Positions 51,776 through 61,887 are shown, numbered from the stretch's first letter. The stretch is DNA of 64,000 bases from Thermoplasmata archaeon (GCA_022749895.1 JAKIWS010000002.1:24387-88386), one strand, 5' to 3'. Notes: generated from the sequence alone by a model not told the origin. A program made the numbers and translations.

Positions 51776-52773
51776 CGGACGTTCCGCCCCCGTCGACGCC
51801 GGCTTTCTGCGGGAGGTCGTGTCATCCACGCCGCGGCGGATCGGCCACCCAAGGCGAGGGATTCTCGGAGCGGGGCACCACCGAGCCACCCGGCGTAGAA
51901 TCCGCCGCGGAAGGCGTCGCCGGCTCCGGTGATCCGGACCGGTCCGCGAAGGGGAGTTGCCCGAACCTGCTCGTCGCCTCCGCGTCGGAACGCGCGGGCA
52001 CCCCGCGCCCCGTCGGTCATCACCACGAGCGGAACCAGCTCGGTGAGGCTCCGAGCGGAGCGTCGACCGAGGAGCTTCGCGGCGCGGGCGATCTCGGCGC
52101 GGTTTCCGAAGAGAATCTCGGCCGAGCTGACGAGCCGCCGCAAGCGGGGCGCGTCCCACCGATAGTGGATCTCCTGGGCGGGGTCGACCGCGACGTGCAG
52201 GCCGTGCTTTCGGGCCGCGTCGGCAAAACGGAGCTGGAAGTCGGGGTCGCCCGTGGTGAGATGGACCCACGACGCGCCCCGGAACAACTCCGGACGGACG
52301 GCGACGCCCCGAGCGTCGTCCATGGGCCCTTGGCGGAAGGCCGTCATTTGCGACCCCTGGCCGTCCTCGAGGATCGTGCAGGACGGGGTTTGGGTGCCGG
52401 CGATCCGCTCCACACCGGCGACATCGACCTTCTCACGACGGAGCGTCGCGAGGAACTCCGGAGGGAAATCCGGGCCGACGAGGCTGACGAGCCCGACCTT
52501 GAGCCCGTGGCCCGCGGCCGAGCGGGCCAACGTCGCCGCGGTCCCGCCGAGGCGCACCGTCTCGGCGACGACCGGCACGGTACGATCCGGCTCGGGCAAG
52601 TGGGCGACCTCCAGGATGCGGTCGATGTTGGTGTGACCGACCACGAGCAGGTCCAGACGAGCACGGTCCGCGAGCGGAGCTGGCTCTCGGGGCACACCAC
52701 GACCGAAGCTCCCCCCGCCATAGCAGTTTGCGGGCCCGCCCCCGACGCGGGCGGGAAAGGGAGGCAGTTTCAT
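51772..52773 (-). CDS. PfkB-family carbohydrate/nucleoside kinase
   Basis: ORF 51772..52773. Family strings are DLLVVGHTNIDRI, RLGGTAATLA and TGAGDAFRGGF. There is a 4-nt overlap with the moeA start. Confidence 0.75.
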   Translation of the reverse strand: MKLPPFPARVGGGPANCYGGGSFGRGVPREPAPLADRARLDLLVVGHTNIDRILEVAHLPEPDRTVPVVAETVRLGGTAATLARSAAGHGLKVGLVSLVGPDFPPEFLATLRREKVDVAGVERIAGTQTPSCTILEDGQGSQMTAFRQGPMDDARGVAVRPELFRGASWVHLTTGDPDFQLRFADAARKHGLHVAVDPAQEIHYRWDAPRLRRLVSSAEILFGNRAEIARAAKLLGRRSARSLTELVPLVVMTDGARGARAFRRGGDEQVRATPLRGPVRITGAGDAFRGGFYAGWLGGAPLRESLALGGRSAAAWMTRPPAESRRRRGRNVR

Positions 52774-52802
52774 AGCGCTCGGGGCTCCGCGGGAGGTCGC
52801 CG

Positions 52803-53864
52803 ATGATCGTGGAAGGCGCCGTGCTCGACGCCGACGGACCGCGGCCAGGGTACGCGCGGATTCAGAACGGGATCGTCGTCGAGACCGGCAAGCTCGGCAC
52901 CGATTCCCTGCGGGGCCGCGATCGACGCATCCAGGGCATCGTCGTTCCGCGACCGGTCAACTCCCACACGCACCTCGGCGATGCGATGTTCGGTCGCGAG
53001 CCACCGTGGACGACGTTCGACGCGATCGTCCGCCCGCCCACCGGGGTGAAGTTCCGCCTCTTGGCCACGACGCCCCCTTCGGTGAAGGTCGCGGCGATCC
53101 GCGGGGAGCTTCGCCGGCTGGACCGCCTCGGCATCGGGGCCGTCGTCGATTTCCGCGAGGAAGGGGTCGATGGGGTCCGTTGGTTCCGTCAGGCGGCGAA
53201 GGGGTTTGGCTTTCCGATCCGAGTCTTCGGACGGCCGACCCGACGTCCGCTCGACGCTCCCGAGCTCGAGAAGCTCCTCGACGTCGCCGACGGGATCGGC
53301 TTGAGCTCCGTGGCGGAAGAACCGAAGGCGGCGCGGCGCGCGATCGCCCGAGCCTGCCGACGCCGCGGGAAACAGTACGGGCTCCACGCGAGCGAGGGTC
53401 GACGCGAGGACGTCGATGAGTATCTCGACCCCAAGCCCGACCTGCTGGTGCACATGACGTGCGCGACCGAGAGCGACCTGGAGCTCGTCGCGCAGCGCGG
53501 CGTACCCGTCACGGTCTGCTCGCGGTCGAATGCGCTGTTCGGTCGGCGACCGGATCTCGCTCGGCTTGAGCGCCTCGGGGTGACGACGCTGATCGGCACG
53601 GACAACGCGATGTTGAACCAGCCGTCGATCTGGCGCGAGCTCGAGTTCGCGTACCTCGCGGCGCGGCTCGCGGGCCGGCCGATCTCCCCGGCGTTCCTGT
53701 TCCGCGCCGCGTTCGTCAACCCCTGGACGTGGCTCGGCCTCGCCGAGCATGCTCGGCTCACGCCCGGCGGCCCCGCGCGTCCCCTCGTCGTTCGCCTGCC
53801 CCCGGACGACCCCGAGTACCAGGTCGTGGTCCGCACCACCGAACAGGTAATGCTTCGCCCGTGA
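52803..53864 (+). CDS. Amidohydrolase-superfamily protein (chlorohydrolase/deaminase-like)
   Basis: ORF 52803..53864. The metal-binding motif is VNSHTHLGD. HASE and GTDN strings are also present. Confidence 0.7.
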   Translation: MIVEGAVLDADGPRPGYARIQNGIVVETGKLGTDSLRGRDRRIQGIVVPRPVNSHTHLGDAMFGREPPWTTFDAIVRPPTGVKFRLLATTPPSVKVAAIRGELRRLDRLGIGAVVDFREEGVDGVRWFRQAAKGFGFPIRVFGRPTRRPLDAPELEKLLDVADGIGLSSVAEEPKAARRAIARACRRRGKQYGLHASEGRREDVDEYLDPKPDLLVHMTCATESDLELVAQRGVPVTVCSRSNALFGRRPDLARLERLGVTTLIGTDNAMLNQPSIWRELEFAYLAARLAGRPISPAFLFRAAFVNPWTWLGLAEHARLTPGGPARPLVVRLPPDDPEYQVVVRTTEQVMLRP

Positions 53865-53889
53865 ACTGACGCCGCACGCGAACGGGCCC

Positions 53890-55401
53890 ATGAAATCCGA
53901 CGAGCTGTTCGCGCTCCTTCGCCGACGCGGCTTCCTCTGGCCCACCGCCGAGATCTACGGCGGGGCTCAGGGGCTCTTCGATTACGGCCCGCTGGGATGG
54001 GGCCTCAAACGCCGGATCGAGGAGGCGTGGACCCGCTGGTTCGTGGGCCTCTCCGACGACTACTACCGGATCGAACCGGCCGAGCTTCTGCCGGAGGCCG
54101 TCGTACGCGCCTCCGGCCACCTCGAGAACTTCACCGACCTCGAGATCTCCTGCGGCGAGTGCCATTCGGTGTTCCGGGCGGACGCGCTGCTCGAGCGGTA
54201 CCGTCCCGAGGGACTGGACGGCCTTGCGTCGTCCCAGGTCGCCGAACTGCTCACCCTCTACCAGGTCAAGTGCCCGACGTGCGGAAAGGCGGCCCTCGCG
54301 GTCCCGCGCCCGTTCAACCTGATGTTCGCGGTGGATTTCGGGCCGACCGGTCGGGAGATGGCGTACCTCGCCCCCGAAACGGCGCAGGCGAGCTTCCTCG
54401 CCTTCTCCCGCATGTGGGAGGTCGGGCGGAAGGCGCTCCCGCTCGGCATCGCCTCCGTCAGCCGAGCCTACCGCAACGAGATCGCCCCGCGCCAGGTCCT
54501 GTTCCGGATGCGGGCGTTCACCCAGGCCGAGCTCCAGATCTTCTTCGACCCGGAGAAGTTCGCGCCGTCGCTCGCCGCCGTCGGGGACGATCTCTTGCCC
54601 GTGCTGCGCGCGGAGCGGCGTCTCGCGGGACAAGCCGCGCCCGAGCCCACACGGGTCCGGGACCTCGTCGACGCGGGAATCCTGCCCGCGTTCTACGCCT
54701 ACCACCTCGCGCTCTCGTTCCGCTTCTACCGGGACGTTCTGGGGCATCCGGCAGAAACGATCCGGCTCTTCGAGAAGTCGGACCAGGAGCGCGCCTTCTA
54801 CAACCGGATCCAGTTCGACGTCGAGGTCCACGTTGACAGCCTGGGCGGGTACCGGGAGGTCGGGGCGGTGCATTACCGGGGCGACTACGACCTCGGTCGT
54901 CACAGCGCCGGCTCGGGCAAGGACCTGACCGTGGTCACCGAAGAGGGCCGACGGATCCTCCCGCACGTCCTCGAGCTCACGTTCGGCGTCGACCGGAACT
55001 TCTGGGCGCTCGCCGACCGTCACCTGGGCAAGGACGGCGAGCGCACGTTGTTCCGCCTTCCGACCTACCTCGCCCCGGTCCCTCTCGGTCTCTTCCCGCT
55101 CCTGAAGAAGGAGCACAGCGCGTATGCCCGGGAGCTCCAGCTTCGGCTCGAAGCGGCCGGGATCCCGGTCGATTTCGACGACGCGGGCTCGATCGGCAAG
55201 CGGTACGCGCGGGGCGATGAAGCCGGTACCCCGTTCGCGGTGACCATCGACGGGGAGTCGGTCGGCGACGGGCCGAACCACGGAACCGTGACGCTCCGCG
55301 AACGCGATTCGAAGGCGCAGGAACGCCTCGCTCCGGACGCGCTCATCGCTCGGATCGCTCCGCGTCTCGTCGTCCCGAGCGCCCCGCGCCCAGCCGGCTG
55401 A
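53890..55401 (+). CDS. glyS: Glycine--tRNA ligase (archaeal/eukaryotic-type dimeric)
   Basis: ORF 53890..55401. Family strings are RRGFLWPTAEIYGG, YLAPETAQ, RNEIAPR and FTQAELQIF, and an anticodon-binding C-terminal domain is present. Confidence 0.9.
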   Translation: MKSDELFALLRRRGFLWPTAEIYGGAQGLFDYGPLGWGLKRRIEEAWTRWFVGLSDDYYRIEPAELLPEAVVRASGHLENFTDLEISCGECHSVFRADALLERYRPEGLDGLASSQVAELLTLYQVKCPTCGKAALAVPRPFNLMFAVDFGPTGREMAYLAPETAQASFLAFSRMWEVGRKALPLGIASVSRAYRNEIAPRQVLFRMRAFTQAELQIFFDPEKFAPSLAAVGDDLLPVLRAERRLAGQAAPEPTRVRDLVDAGILPAFYAYHLALSFRFYRDVLGHPAETIRLFEKSDQERAFYNRIQFDVEVHVDSLGGYREVGAVHYRGDYDLGRHSAGSGKDLTVVTEEGRRILPHVLELTFGVDRNFWALADRHLGKDGERTLFRLPTYLAPVPLGLFPLLKKEHSAYARELQLRLEAAGIPVDFDDAGSIGKRYARGDEAGTPFAVTIDGESVGDGPNHGTVTLRERDSKAQERLAPDALIARIAPRLVVPSAPRPAG

Positions 55402-55456
55402 GCCGGTCCAACGGGGACATCGTCCACCGGCGGCGCTTCCGTGCCAGAACTGCTAT

Positions 55457-56101
55457 ATGGAGCAGGCTACCTTTCTTCGGCGGCGGATGGCGCCGGAGGA
55501 GACCCCGGGGAGCTCCCCGGCCGACGGCCATAACGTCCTCCAGCGGGCGCGCGAAACGCGCTGGCGCGGGCAGGAGTTCGCCGACATCACGAAGCTGCGC
55601 GAGCTCTCGGCGAAGCACGAACGGTTGGCCGCCAAGAACGAGAGCCGGGCCGCTCGCCTCGCCACGCGCATCGAGAAGCTCCGCCACCAGGCGACGGTGC
55701 AGCGCGAAAAGGCGCAAACCGTGCTCGGATTGATCCCCGGGATCGAGCAGCAGATGACCCAGCACGAGCGCGACATCAAGGCCGCGACCGAGCGGACCGG
55801 GGGCGTCGCCGTGACGAGCGATGTCACGAGCCTGCACTACCGGATCCGGAAGCTGCAGCAGAAGATCGTCGACCTGCAGCACAAGTCACGGACGCTCGAG
55901 CACCGGGCCGCCATGAAGACCCAGAAGACCTCCGAGCTCAAGATCAAGGCCGACCGGTACCACGAGCACGCCCGGCTCGAGGAGCTCGAAGCGCAGAGCT
56001 GCCGCCAGAGGGCCGACCGCCTGCAGCTCGCCTCCGAGAGCTCCGCTTCCACCGTCGCCGACACGCGGGAGACGCCGAGGGATACGACCGGCCCCGCATG
56101 A
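55457..56101 (+). CDS. Coiled-coil protein of unknown function
   Basis: ORF 55457..56101 has heptad-like charged sequence (KLRELSAKHERLAAKNESRAARLATRIEKLRHQ...KLQQKIVDLQHKSRTLEH). Its stop overlaps the next start (ATGA at 56098). The start may be ATG 55487, because a TATA-like GCTATAT overlaps 55457. Confidence 0.45.
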   Translation: MEQATFLRRRMAPEETPGSSPADGHNVLQRARETRWRGQEFADITKLRELSAKHERLAAKNESRAARLATRIEKLRHQATVQREKAQTVLGLIPGIEQQMTQHERDIKAATERTGGVAVTSDVTSLHYRIRKLQQKIVDLQHKSRTLEHRAAMKTQKTSELKIKADRYHEHARLEELEAQSCRQRADRLQLASESSASTVADTRETPRDTTGPA

Positions 56102-56643
56102 GACTCATCGTCACCGTCGGCATGCCCGGGGCGGGGACGGACGAGCTCGCCGACGTCGCGCGCGGCCTCAACCTGGCCACGCTCAAGATGGGCGACCTCG
56201 TGCGCGACGAGACGCGGCGCCGCGGGATGCAGATCACGAACGCCAACATCGCCCGGGTCGCGGCCGAGGAGCGGGAGAAGCACGGCTTGGGCATCTGGGC
56301 GCAGCGCGCGCTCCCGAAGATCACCGAGACGAAGATGCTGGTCAACGGCTGCCGCTCCGATAGCGAGATCACGGTGTTCCGCCACAACTTCAGCGACCTG
56401 TTCATCCTCGGGGTCTACTCCTCCCCCGAGACCCGGTACAACCGGATGATCGAGCGGGCCCGCGGGCGCGACGGCGAAGGGCTCCAGGAGTTCTACGAAC
56501 GCGACCGCCGGGAACTCAAGTGGGGGATCGGCAACGCCTTCGCGCTGGTCGACGGCATGCTGGTCAACGAAGTCCCCCTTCCCGAATTCCGGGTCCAGGC
56601 CCGGACGATGCTCGAGCGGATCCTGCGGAAAGAGACGGACTAG
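56098..56643 (+). CDS. UPF0200-like nucleotide-kinase-fold protein with degenerate Walker A
   Basis: ORF 56098..56643. The overall pattern matches the archaeal UPF0200 / dephospho-CoA-kinase-like family (LKMGDLVRDE...GCRSDSEITVFRHNF...SSPETRYNRMIERAR...ERDRRELKWGIGN). The P-loop reads GMPGAGTD instead of GxPGxGKS. Confidence 0.65.
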   Translation: MRLIVTVGMPGAGTDELADVARGLNLATLKMGDLVRDETRRRGMQITNANIARVAAEEREKHGLGIWAQRALPKITETKMLVNGCRSDSEITVFRHNFSDLFILGVYSSPETRYNRMIERARGRDGEGLQEFYERDRRELKWGIGNAFALVDGMLVNEVPLPEFRVQARTMLERILRKETD

Positions 56644-56655
56644 GCCGGCGGTCCC

Positions 56656-57159
56656 GTGCGGCTGTACCTCTTCCGCCACGGTCCGTCCGAGAACCGCGAC
56701 CCCGACCGGTGGCCGGACGACACCGACCGGCCGCTCAGCCGCGTGGGCCGGACGCAGAGCCGGGCCGCCGCGACGGGTTTCGCTACGCTCGCCCACGACG
56801 TGACCGCGGTCGTATCGAGCCCCGCCGTTCGCGGACGGACGACGGCGGACGCGGTCCACGCGGCGCTCGGGCTTCGCCGCACGATCGTGCTCTGGGACGA
56901 ACTCGCCCCCGGCGAGCCCGCGGGCGCCGTCCTGGAGAAGCTCGGACGTCCGAACTTCGCCCGGTGGACCCCGGTCGTCGTCGGCCATGAGCCGACGTTG
57001 AGCGAATTCATCGGCCTCGCGGTCACGGGCGAGCCGACGGGGTGGGCGCACGTCGCCAAGGCGGGCGCGGCCGCGCTCGAGTTCCCGGCCCGCGTCGCCC
57101 CGGGGGCGGCCCGCTTGGAGTGGTTGCTCACGCGGGCGCAGCTGAGCTCGCTCGCTTGA
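56656..57159 (+). CDS. Histidine phosphatase family protein (SixA-like)
   Basis: ORF 56656..57159 (GTG start). The RHG motif is LFRHGPSE and the second catalytic region is VVVGHEPTLSEF. Confidence 0.75.
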   Translation: MRLYLFRHGPSENRDPDRWPDDTDRPLSRVGRTQSRAAATGFATLAHDVTAVVSSPAVRGRTTADAVHAALGLRRTIVLWDELAPGEPAGAVLEKLGRPNFARWTPVVVGHEPTLSEFIGLAVTGEPTGWAHVAKAGAAALEFPARVAPGAARLEWLLTRAQLSSLA

Positions 57160-57895
57160 CCGGGCCCGCGCGCAGTGGCGGAGCCCGCCGGGGTTCCGCC
57201 GTCCGGATCCGGATACCGTAGAGGGGCGCCACGAGCCGCTTCACGTCGCGGTGGACGGCGTCCGCGGTGCGGTTCGCGTCGACGCGGGCGAACCCGTACT
57301 CCTTCGCCATCCACTCGAACTCCCGGCGGAGCTTCTCCTGGTACAGGTAGAAGCTCTCGAACCGGTCGCGCGAGAGGCAGAGGTCCATGCCGCTCTCCCA
57401 GTAGTCCAGGCTCCCGTACTTCGCGATCGCCCGGTGGAGGAGGATGTCGGCGCGGGCTTCGAGGAAGATCGTGAGGTCCGGCACGAGCGCGAACCCGTAG
57501 AGCCGGCCCGCCCACTCCCGCGACGCCCCCCGGGCGACCGCCCGGGCCATCAACGTGTAGATGTACCGGTCGGCGAGCACGGTCGACCCCGCGGCGAGCG
57601 ATGGGAGGATCTTGTTCTCGAGCTGGTCCGCGAAATCGGCGGCGTAGAACAGCGCCATCGTCGTGCCCCCCAGCGTGTGGCCCTGCTTTGCGCGGTCGAT
57701 CTCTTGCGAGAGCAGGCTCGACCGACGCAGGCCGGTATCGACGACGGGGTGACCTTCGATCTCGAGCCACTCGCGGAGCTGTTCGACCTCCGTCGTGCGG
57801 CCGGAGCCGTCGGCCCCTTCGATGACGATGAGATGGCCGCGGCCGAGGTGGTCGGGCGAGATCCCGGGCAGCCGGGTCCCGTAGGTCCTACGCAT
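57128..57895 (-). CDS. Thymidylate-kinase-like protein, paralog with Arg in place of the P-loop Lys
   Basis: ORF 57128..57895. The P-loop is IEGADGSGRTT and the DRY motif ADRYIYT. It is related by eye to the upstream tmk across its whole length. Confidence 0.7.
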   Translation of the reverse strand: MRRTYGTRLPGISPDHLGRGHLIVIEGADGSGRTTEVEQLREWLEIEGHPVVDTGLRRSSLLSQEIDRAKQGHTLGGTTMALFYAADFADQLENKILPSLAAGSTVLADRYIYTLMARAVARGASREWAGRLYGFALVPDLTIFLEARADILLHRAIAKYGSLDYWESGMDLCLSRDRFESFYLYQEKLRREFEWMAKEYGFARVDANRTADAVHRDVKRLVAPLYGIRIRTAEPRRAPPLRAGPVKRASSAAPA

Positions 57896-58583
57896 GGACC
57901 AGGTCCTCCATCGTCGGGAAGTCGGCGAGGAGCGGGCGGATCTCCCGGCGGACCTGGCCGAGCACCTCTTCGACCTTCCGGTCCGCGTCGATGATGGCGA
58001 AGTTGTCGCGCGGAGCGAGCCGGTCGTACTCGCGCTTGAGCCGGCCCTGGAACCGCTCGTAGCTATCGGTCACGTCGTTGGAGAGGCCCAAGTCCATGCC
58101 GGCTTCGTAGTACGAGATCTTCTGCCGGGAAGCGAGCTTCCGCTTCAAGGACGTCTCCACGGAGACGCGGAAATACATGGTCTTGTCCGGAGCCGGGGCG
58201 AAGTTGTAGAGGTTGCGGACCCACTCCGGGTCGCACCCCCGCGCGGCATCGCGCGCGAACGCGGTGTAGATGTACCGGTCGCAGACGACGATGTACCCGG
58301 CCCGGAGCGGCGGCTGGATGTGCCGCTCGAACCGGTCCGCGAAATCGGTCGCGTGGAGGAGGGAGAACGTGGTCGGGGTCAGTAGGCCCTTCTTCTTGCC
58401 GCGCCGGATCGTCGCCGAGACGAGCTCGGACGAGTTCCACTCGGTGAAGAAGACCCGGTAGCCCCGCGCTTGGAGCCACTTCACCAGGAGGCGGGCCTGG
58501 GTCGATTTGCCGCTCCCGTCGAGCCCTTCGAACACCAGGAGCCGACCGGGTCGCGCGAGGGTGATCGGTGGGCGTTCACCCAC
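57888..58583 (-). CDS. tmk: Thymidylate kinase
   Basis: ORF 57888..58583. The P-loop is FEGLDGSGKST and the DRY motif CDRYIYT. There are 8-nt overlaps with the genes on both sides. Confidence 0.8.
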   Translation of the reverse strand: MGERPPITLARPGRLLVFEGLDGSGKSTQARLLVKWLQARGYRVFFTEWNSSELVSATIRRGKKKGLLTPTTFSLLHATDFADRFERHIQPPLRAGYIVVCDRYIYTAFARDAARGCDPEWVRNLYNFAPAPDKTMYFRVSVETSLKRKLASRQKISYYEAGMDLGLSNDVTDSYERFQGRLKREYDRLAPRDNFAIIDADRKVEEVLGQVRREIRPLLADFPTMEDLVHA

Positions 58584-60132
58584 GGAAGCCCTCCAGCTCC
58601 ACCCCGAGCTCCCGCCGGAGGCGGCGGCCGACGCGTCCGCGGAGACGGTCCCGCGCCGCGGGGCCCGCGGGGTGCGGCAGCGTCAAGCGGACGCGGTTCG
58701 GCGTCCGGCTGCCCCGGAACTTGGCGCCCAGTCCGGCGAGTTCTTCGGCGACGGCGAGGATCGCGCCGAACTCGTGGGCGATCGCGGCATCGTCCGGGGT
58801 GAGCACGGTCTTCCATCCCTTGCACCACCCTTCCGGGACCGGGTCGCCTTCGTGCATGTACGCGGCGAGCGCGGCCATCAGGATCTCCCGGTGGGTCACG
58901 CCGTGGATCGGCGTGTGCCGGAGTATGTAGGCGGAGTGCAGCGGGTGACGCCACTCCTCGATCGCGGTCCCCACGTCGTGCATCCACGCCCCGACCGATA
59001 GCGCGAGCCGGTCGGCCTCCGACCAGCGTCGTCGGCTCTTGAGGAGGTCGAACAGCGCCACCGCGGTGCTCCGGACATCCTCGGCGTGGGCGAAGGAGAA
59101 GCTGAACGCTCGGGAGGCGCCCAGGACCGAGCGGCGGGCCAGGGTCTCGGCGTTCGCCGGCACCTCGATCCCCGCCACCTCGACGGCGACCCCCTGGCGG
59201 ATTCCGTTCCCGCTCACCGTGAGGTGCTCGAGGCCGGTGGCGGTCAGGATCTCCTGCGCCACGACCACCCCCGCGACGACCACATCCGCACGATGACCGC
59301 TGATCCCCGGCACGTCGCGGCGTCGGTCGGCCGGCATCTCCTCGAGGATCGAACCCAAGGCGCGGAGCTCCCGCACCCCGAGCGGGTAGCCGTGGACCTG
59401 GGCGACCGGATAGTTGGAGAGGAGGATGGCGACCCGCGCGAGACATCGGATCGTGCCCCCGATACCGTACATCCGCCCGAACGTGCGGCGCGGCGGCACC
59501 GGGAGCGCGGCCAACGTCGCGCGAACGTGCTCGCGCAGGAGGTCGAGCTCCTTGCGCTTCGGCGGGTCGTGCGCGAGGAACCGCTCGGTCAGGCGGAGCA
59601 CGCCGAGCGGCGCGCTTCCCGCTCGGTCGAACGCCCCGTTCTTCGTGGCCGCGAGTTGGATCGAGCCCCCCCCGACGTCGAGCACGAGGTCGTCGGCGAG
59701 CGGCCAGGCGGCGGCGGTACCCAGGTAGGCGTACCGCGCCTCCTCTTCGCCCGAGATGATACGGAGCTCGATCCCGCTCTCGCGCCGGACGCGTCGCAGG
59801 AATTCGCGACCGTTCGCCGCGTCGCGGATCGCGCTCGTCGCGACCCCGACCACGACCGGCCGGCCCCAGACATCGATCTCGCGGGCGAACCGCTTCATCG
59901 TCGCGACGCCGCGGTCGACCGCCGCCGGTGTGAGGCGGCCGTGTTCGGCAAGGCCCTGCCCGAGGCGAGGCACCTCCTTGGATTCGAAGACCGTCCGGAG
60001 CGAGCCACCCTCCGTCGCTTCGAAGACGTCGAGCCGGGCCGTGTTCGAGCCCAGGTCGATGACGCCGACCTCGCGTACCGCGACGGCCGACGGGGACGCG
60101 GCCCGGATCATCAACCGTGTCGCCGCCACCAT
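58576..60132 (-). CDS. ppx: Ppx/GppA-family phosphatase with C-terminal HD domain
   Basis: ORF 58576..60132. Family strings are VIDLGSNTARL, LDVGGGS and the HD region WMHDVG...HREI. Confidence 0.85.
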   Translation of the reverse strand: MVAATRLMIRAASPSAVAVREVGVIDLGSNTARLDVFEATEGGSLRTVFESKEVPRLGQGLAEHGRLTPAAVDRGVATMKRFAREIDVWGRPVVVGVATSAIRDAANGREFLRRVRRESGIELRIISGEEEARYAYLGTAAAWPLADDLVLDVGGGSIQLAATKNGAFDRAGSAPLGVLRLTERFLAHDPPKRKELDLLREHVRATLAALPVPPRRTFGRMYGIGGTIRCLARVAILLSNYPVAQVHGYPLGVRELRALGSILEEMPADRRRDVPGISGHRADVVVAGVVVAQEILTATGLEHLTVSGNGIRQGVAVEVAGIEVPANAETLARRSVLGASRAFSFSFAHAEDVRSTAVALFDLLKSRRRWSEADRLALSVGAWMHDVGTAIEEWRHPLHSAYILRHTPIHGVTHREILMAALAAYMHEGDPVPEGWCKGWKTVLTPDDAAIAHEFGAILAVAEELAGLGAKFRGSRTPNRVRLTLPHPAGPAARDRLRGRVGRRLRRELGVELEGFRG

Positions 60133-60217
60133 CGAACGATGAAAGAACCGGTGGTTTCCCGCTCTCTTAATTATGCCGTCCTTACGGCGGCGCGGTCCGG
60201 CGGGTGCCCGGGCACGG

Positions 60218-60847
60218 TCATACTTGCCCTAGTCCCGTCACGACACCGGGCAACCGTTCTCGGTCGACGATTCCCACCGTGCGTCGACCGCCCTCGGTGA
60301 GCCGACGGAGGCTCTCGGCGATCACCCGTTCCCGGGCCGCCGCTAGCCGCGCCGAGCCGGCCCCGGGGGTGAGTCGGCGGTCCCACGCGACCACGAATTC
60401 GTCGGCGTTCTTCGCTTCGGGAGGATGGCGCAGCATGCCGCGTTCCCGCACCGTGCGTCGCACGAGCTCCAGATAGCTCACGTGTTCCGTGAACTGGTCG
60501 GCGAGCGTATCGTCGGAAGGGTCGAGCGGCTCGACGGGGACGTTCGCCCGTCGCGCCCACTCGATCGCCGCCACGAACGTCGGGTGCGGGACCCGGACCT
60601 CGCCGAATTGCGCCAAGCCGCGAATCTCCGCCGCTTCGGTCGAGGTGAGCGGCACGACCGGCTCGGAATCGGTGCCGACGAAGTAGTCCGTGAGGCCGGT
60701 CAGCTCATCGGAAGAAAGCCCGACCCCGACCACGGAGGGACGGAACCGATCGAGCTCAGCGACGGCGGCCACGGCATCCGTGGCCATCCCGCGAACGGCC
60801 CCGACGAGCAACAGGCCCGAGCGACCAGGGACGGTGGCGGTAATCAC
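60218..60847 (-). CDS. TraB/GumN-family-like protein
   Basis: ORF 60218..60847. The layout LLLVGAVRGMATDAVAAVAELDRFRPSVVGVGLS resembles the TraB family N-terminus, though the usual AHVS motif is not conserved. This is a low-certainty call. Confidence 0.4.
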   Translation of the reverse strand: MITATVPGRSGLLLVGAVRGMATDAVAAVAELDRFRPSVVGVGLSSDELTGLTDYFVGTDSEPVVPLTSTEAAEIRGLAQFGEVRVPHPTFVAAIEWARRANVPVEPLDPSDDTLADQFTEHVSYLELVRRTVRERGMLRHPPEAKNADEFVVAWDRRLTPGAGSARLAAARERVIAESLRRLTEGGRRTVGIVDRERLPGVVTGLGQV

Positions 60848-61887
60848 GTCCCTTCTCGTTCGCCGATCGTCTCGAGAAGGTCGTCGCGGTCGCGCTGCCG
60901 GCGGAATTCCGTGATCGTGAGGACCGGGAGCCGTTCGCGGGCCGCCCGGTCCGGGGCCTCGCGTACGACGAACAGCGCGTGACCCTCGGCGACGCTCGCG
61001 AGCTCCTTGAGGAGCTCCGCGCGGTTGAGCGCCGTCCGCCAGTTGCCTACGGAGGTGAGCAGGATCTCCTTTTCTCCGCGGGCCGCGGCGTGCGTGAACG
61101 CATCGAACGGGCAGCGCAACGTCACGACGACCTCCCAGCCCATGCCGCCCAATTGTCGAAGGACCACATCGCGCAGCGCGTTGCCCGTGGTCACCGGCGC
61201 GCGATCACCCGCGGGTTCGGCTTCCTTCGTCCCGTCGCTCACGGCGTCGGAGGGCGGGCGTCGGGCCCCGTCTTTCCCCCTCACCTCGGTCGTCCTCCAG
61301 AGCTCGAGCGGAACCGCGATCGGCTCGCCGAGGTACCGTTCGAGCCGCTCGACGACGTCGACCTCGGCGCCCGCGCCTTCCTCGTACAGCTGGATGGTCC
61401 GCCGAGAGACTCCGGCGACGGAGGCGAGGGCACCCAGCGATAGTGCGCGAGCCTCGCGGGCCGTTCGAAGGCGGGGCCCGTCGACCCGGGCGAAGATGCC
61501 GCCGGGACTGGAGAACAGGAACGGCGGGACGCCTTCGAGGAGCAGGTCCCCCAGCGTTTCCAGGGTCACGACCGCGACGTCATATCGATTGTAGACGACC
61601 CCCGCTTCGAGCGCCGTGCCGCCGGAGGTCTCCCCCACGACGATCGGTGCGGCCGGGAACAGCTGCCCCCGCTCTCGCAGTCGACGGGCTTCGGCGGGGT
61701 CGAACGCGTCGATGTTCTTCAGCACCTTGAGGATCAAGAGGAGCGAATCGCGCCGCGCGAGGAGGTCGAAGCTCGTCGGGCGGATCCCGTGGGCGTCGGA
61801 AACGTAGAAACCGGACCTCTCGAGGAGGTCGCGGATCCCTTCGATCGCCTTCTCCCGGCGGCGGGTCGAGACACCCATGCGCATCAT
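60844..61887 (-). CDS. Archaeal HTH (XRE-type) transcriptional regulator, COG1395-like
   Basis: ORF 60844..61893 (TTG); the first ATGs are at 61887, 61884 and 61878. The central HTH reads LRTAREARALSLGALASVAGVSRRTIQLYEEG. There is a 4-nt overlap with the TraB-like gene. Confidence 0.7.
   Translation of the reverse strand: MMRMGVSTRRREKAIEGIRDLLERSGFYVSDAHGIRPTSFDLLARRDSLLLILKVLKNIDAFDPAEARRLRERGQLFPAAPIVVGETSGGTALEAGVVYNRYDVAVVTLETLGDLLLEGVPPFLFSSPGGIFARVDGPRLRTAREARALSLGALASVAGVSRRTIQLYEEGAGAEVDVVERLERYLGEPIAVPLELWRTTEVRGKDGARRPPSDAVSDGTKEAEPAGDRAPVTTGNALRDVVLRQLGGMGWEVVVTLRCPFDAFTHAAARGEKEILLTSVGNWRTALNRAELLKELASVAEGHALFVVREAPDRAARERLPVLTITEFRRQRDRDDLLETIGEREGT

Noticed and set aside
55837-57051. 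404-aa minus-strand ORF across the coiled-coil, UPF0200-like and SixA-like genes
   Set aside because: It lies antisense to three plus-strand genes with family motifs and coupled starts, and its sequence is low-complexity.
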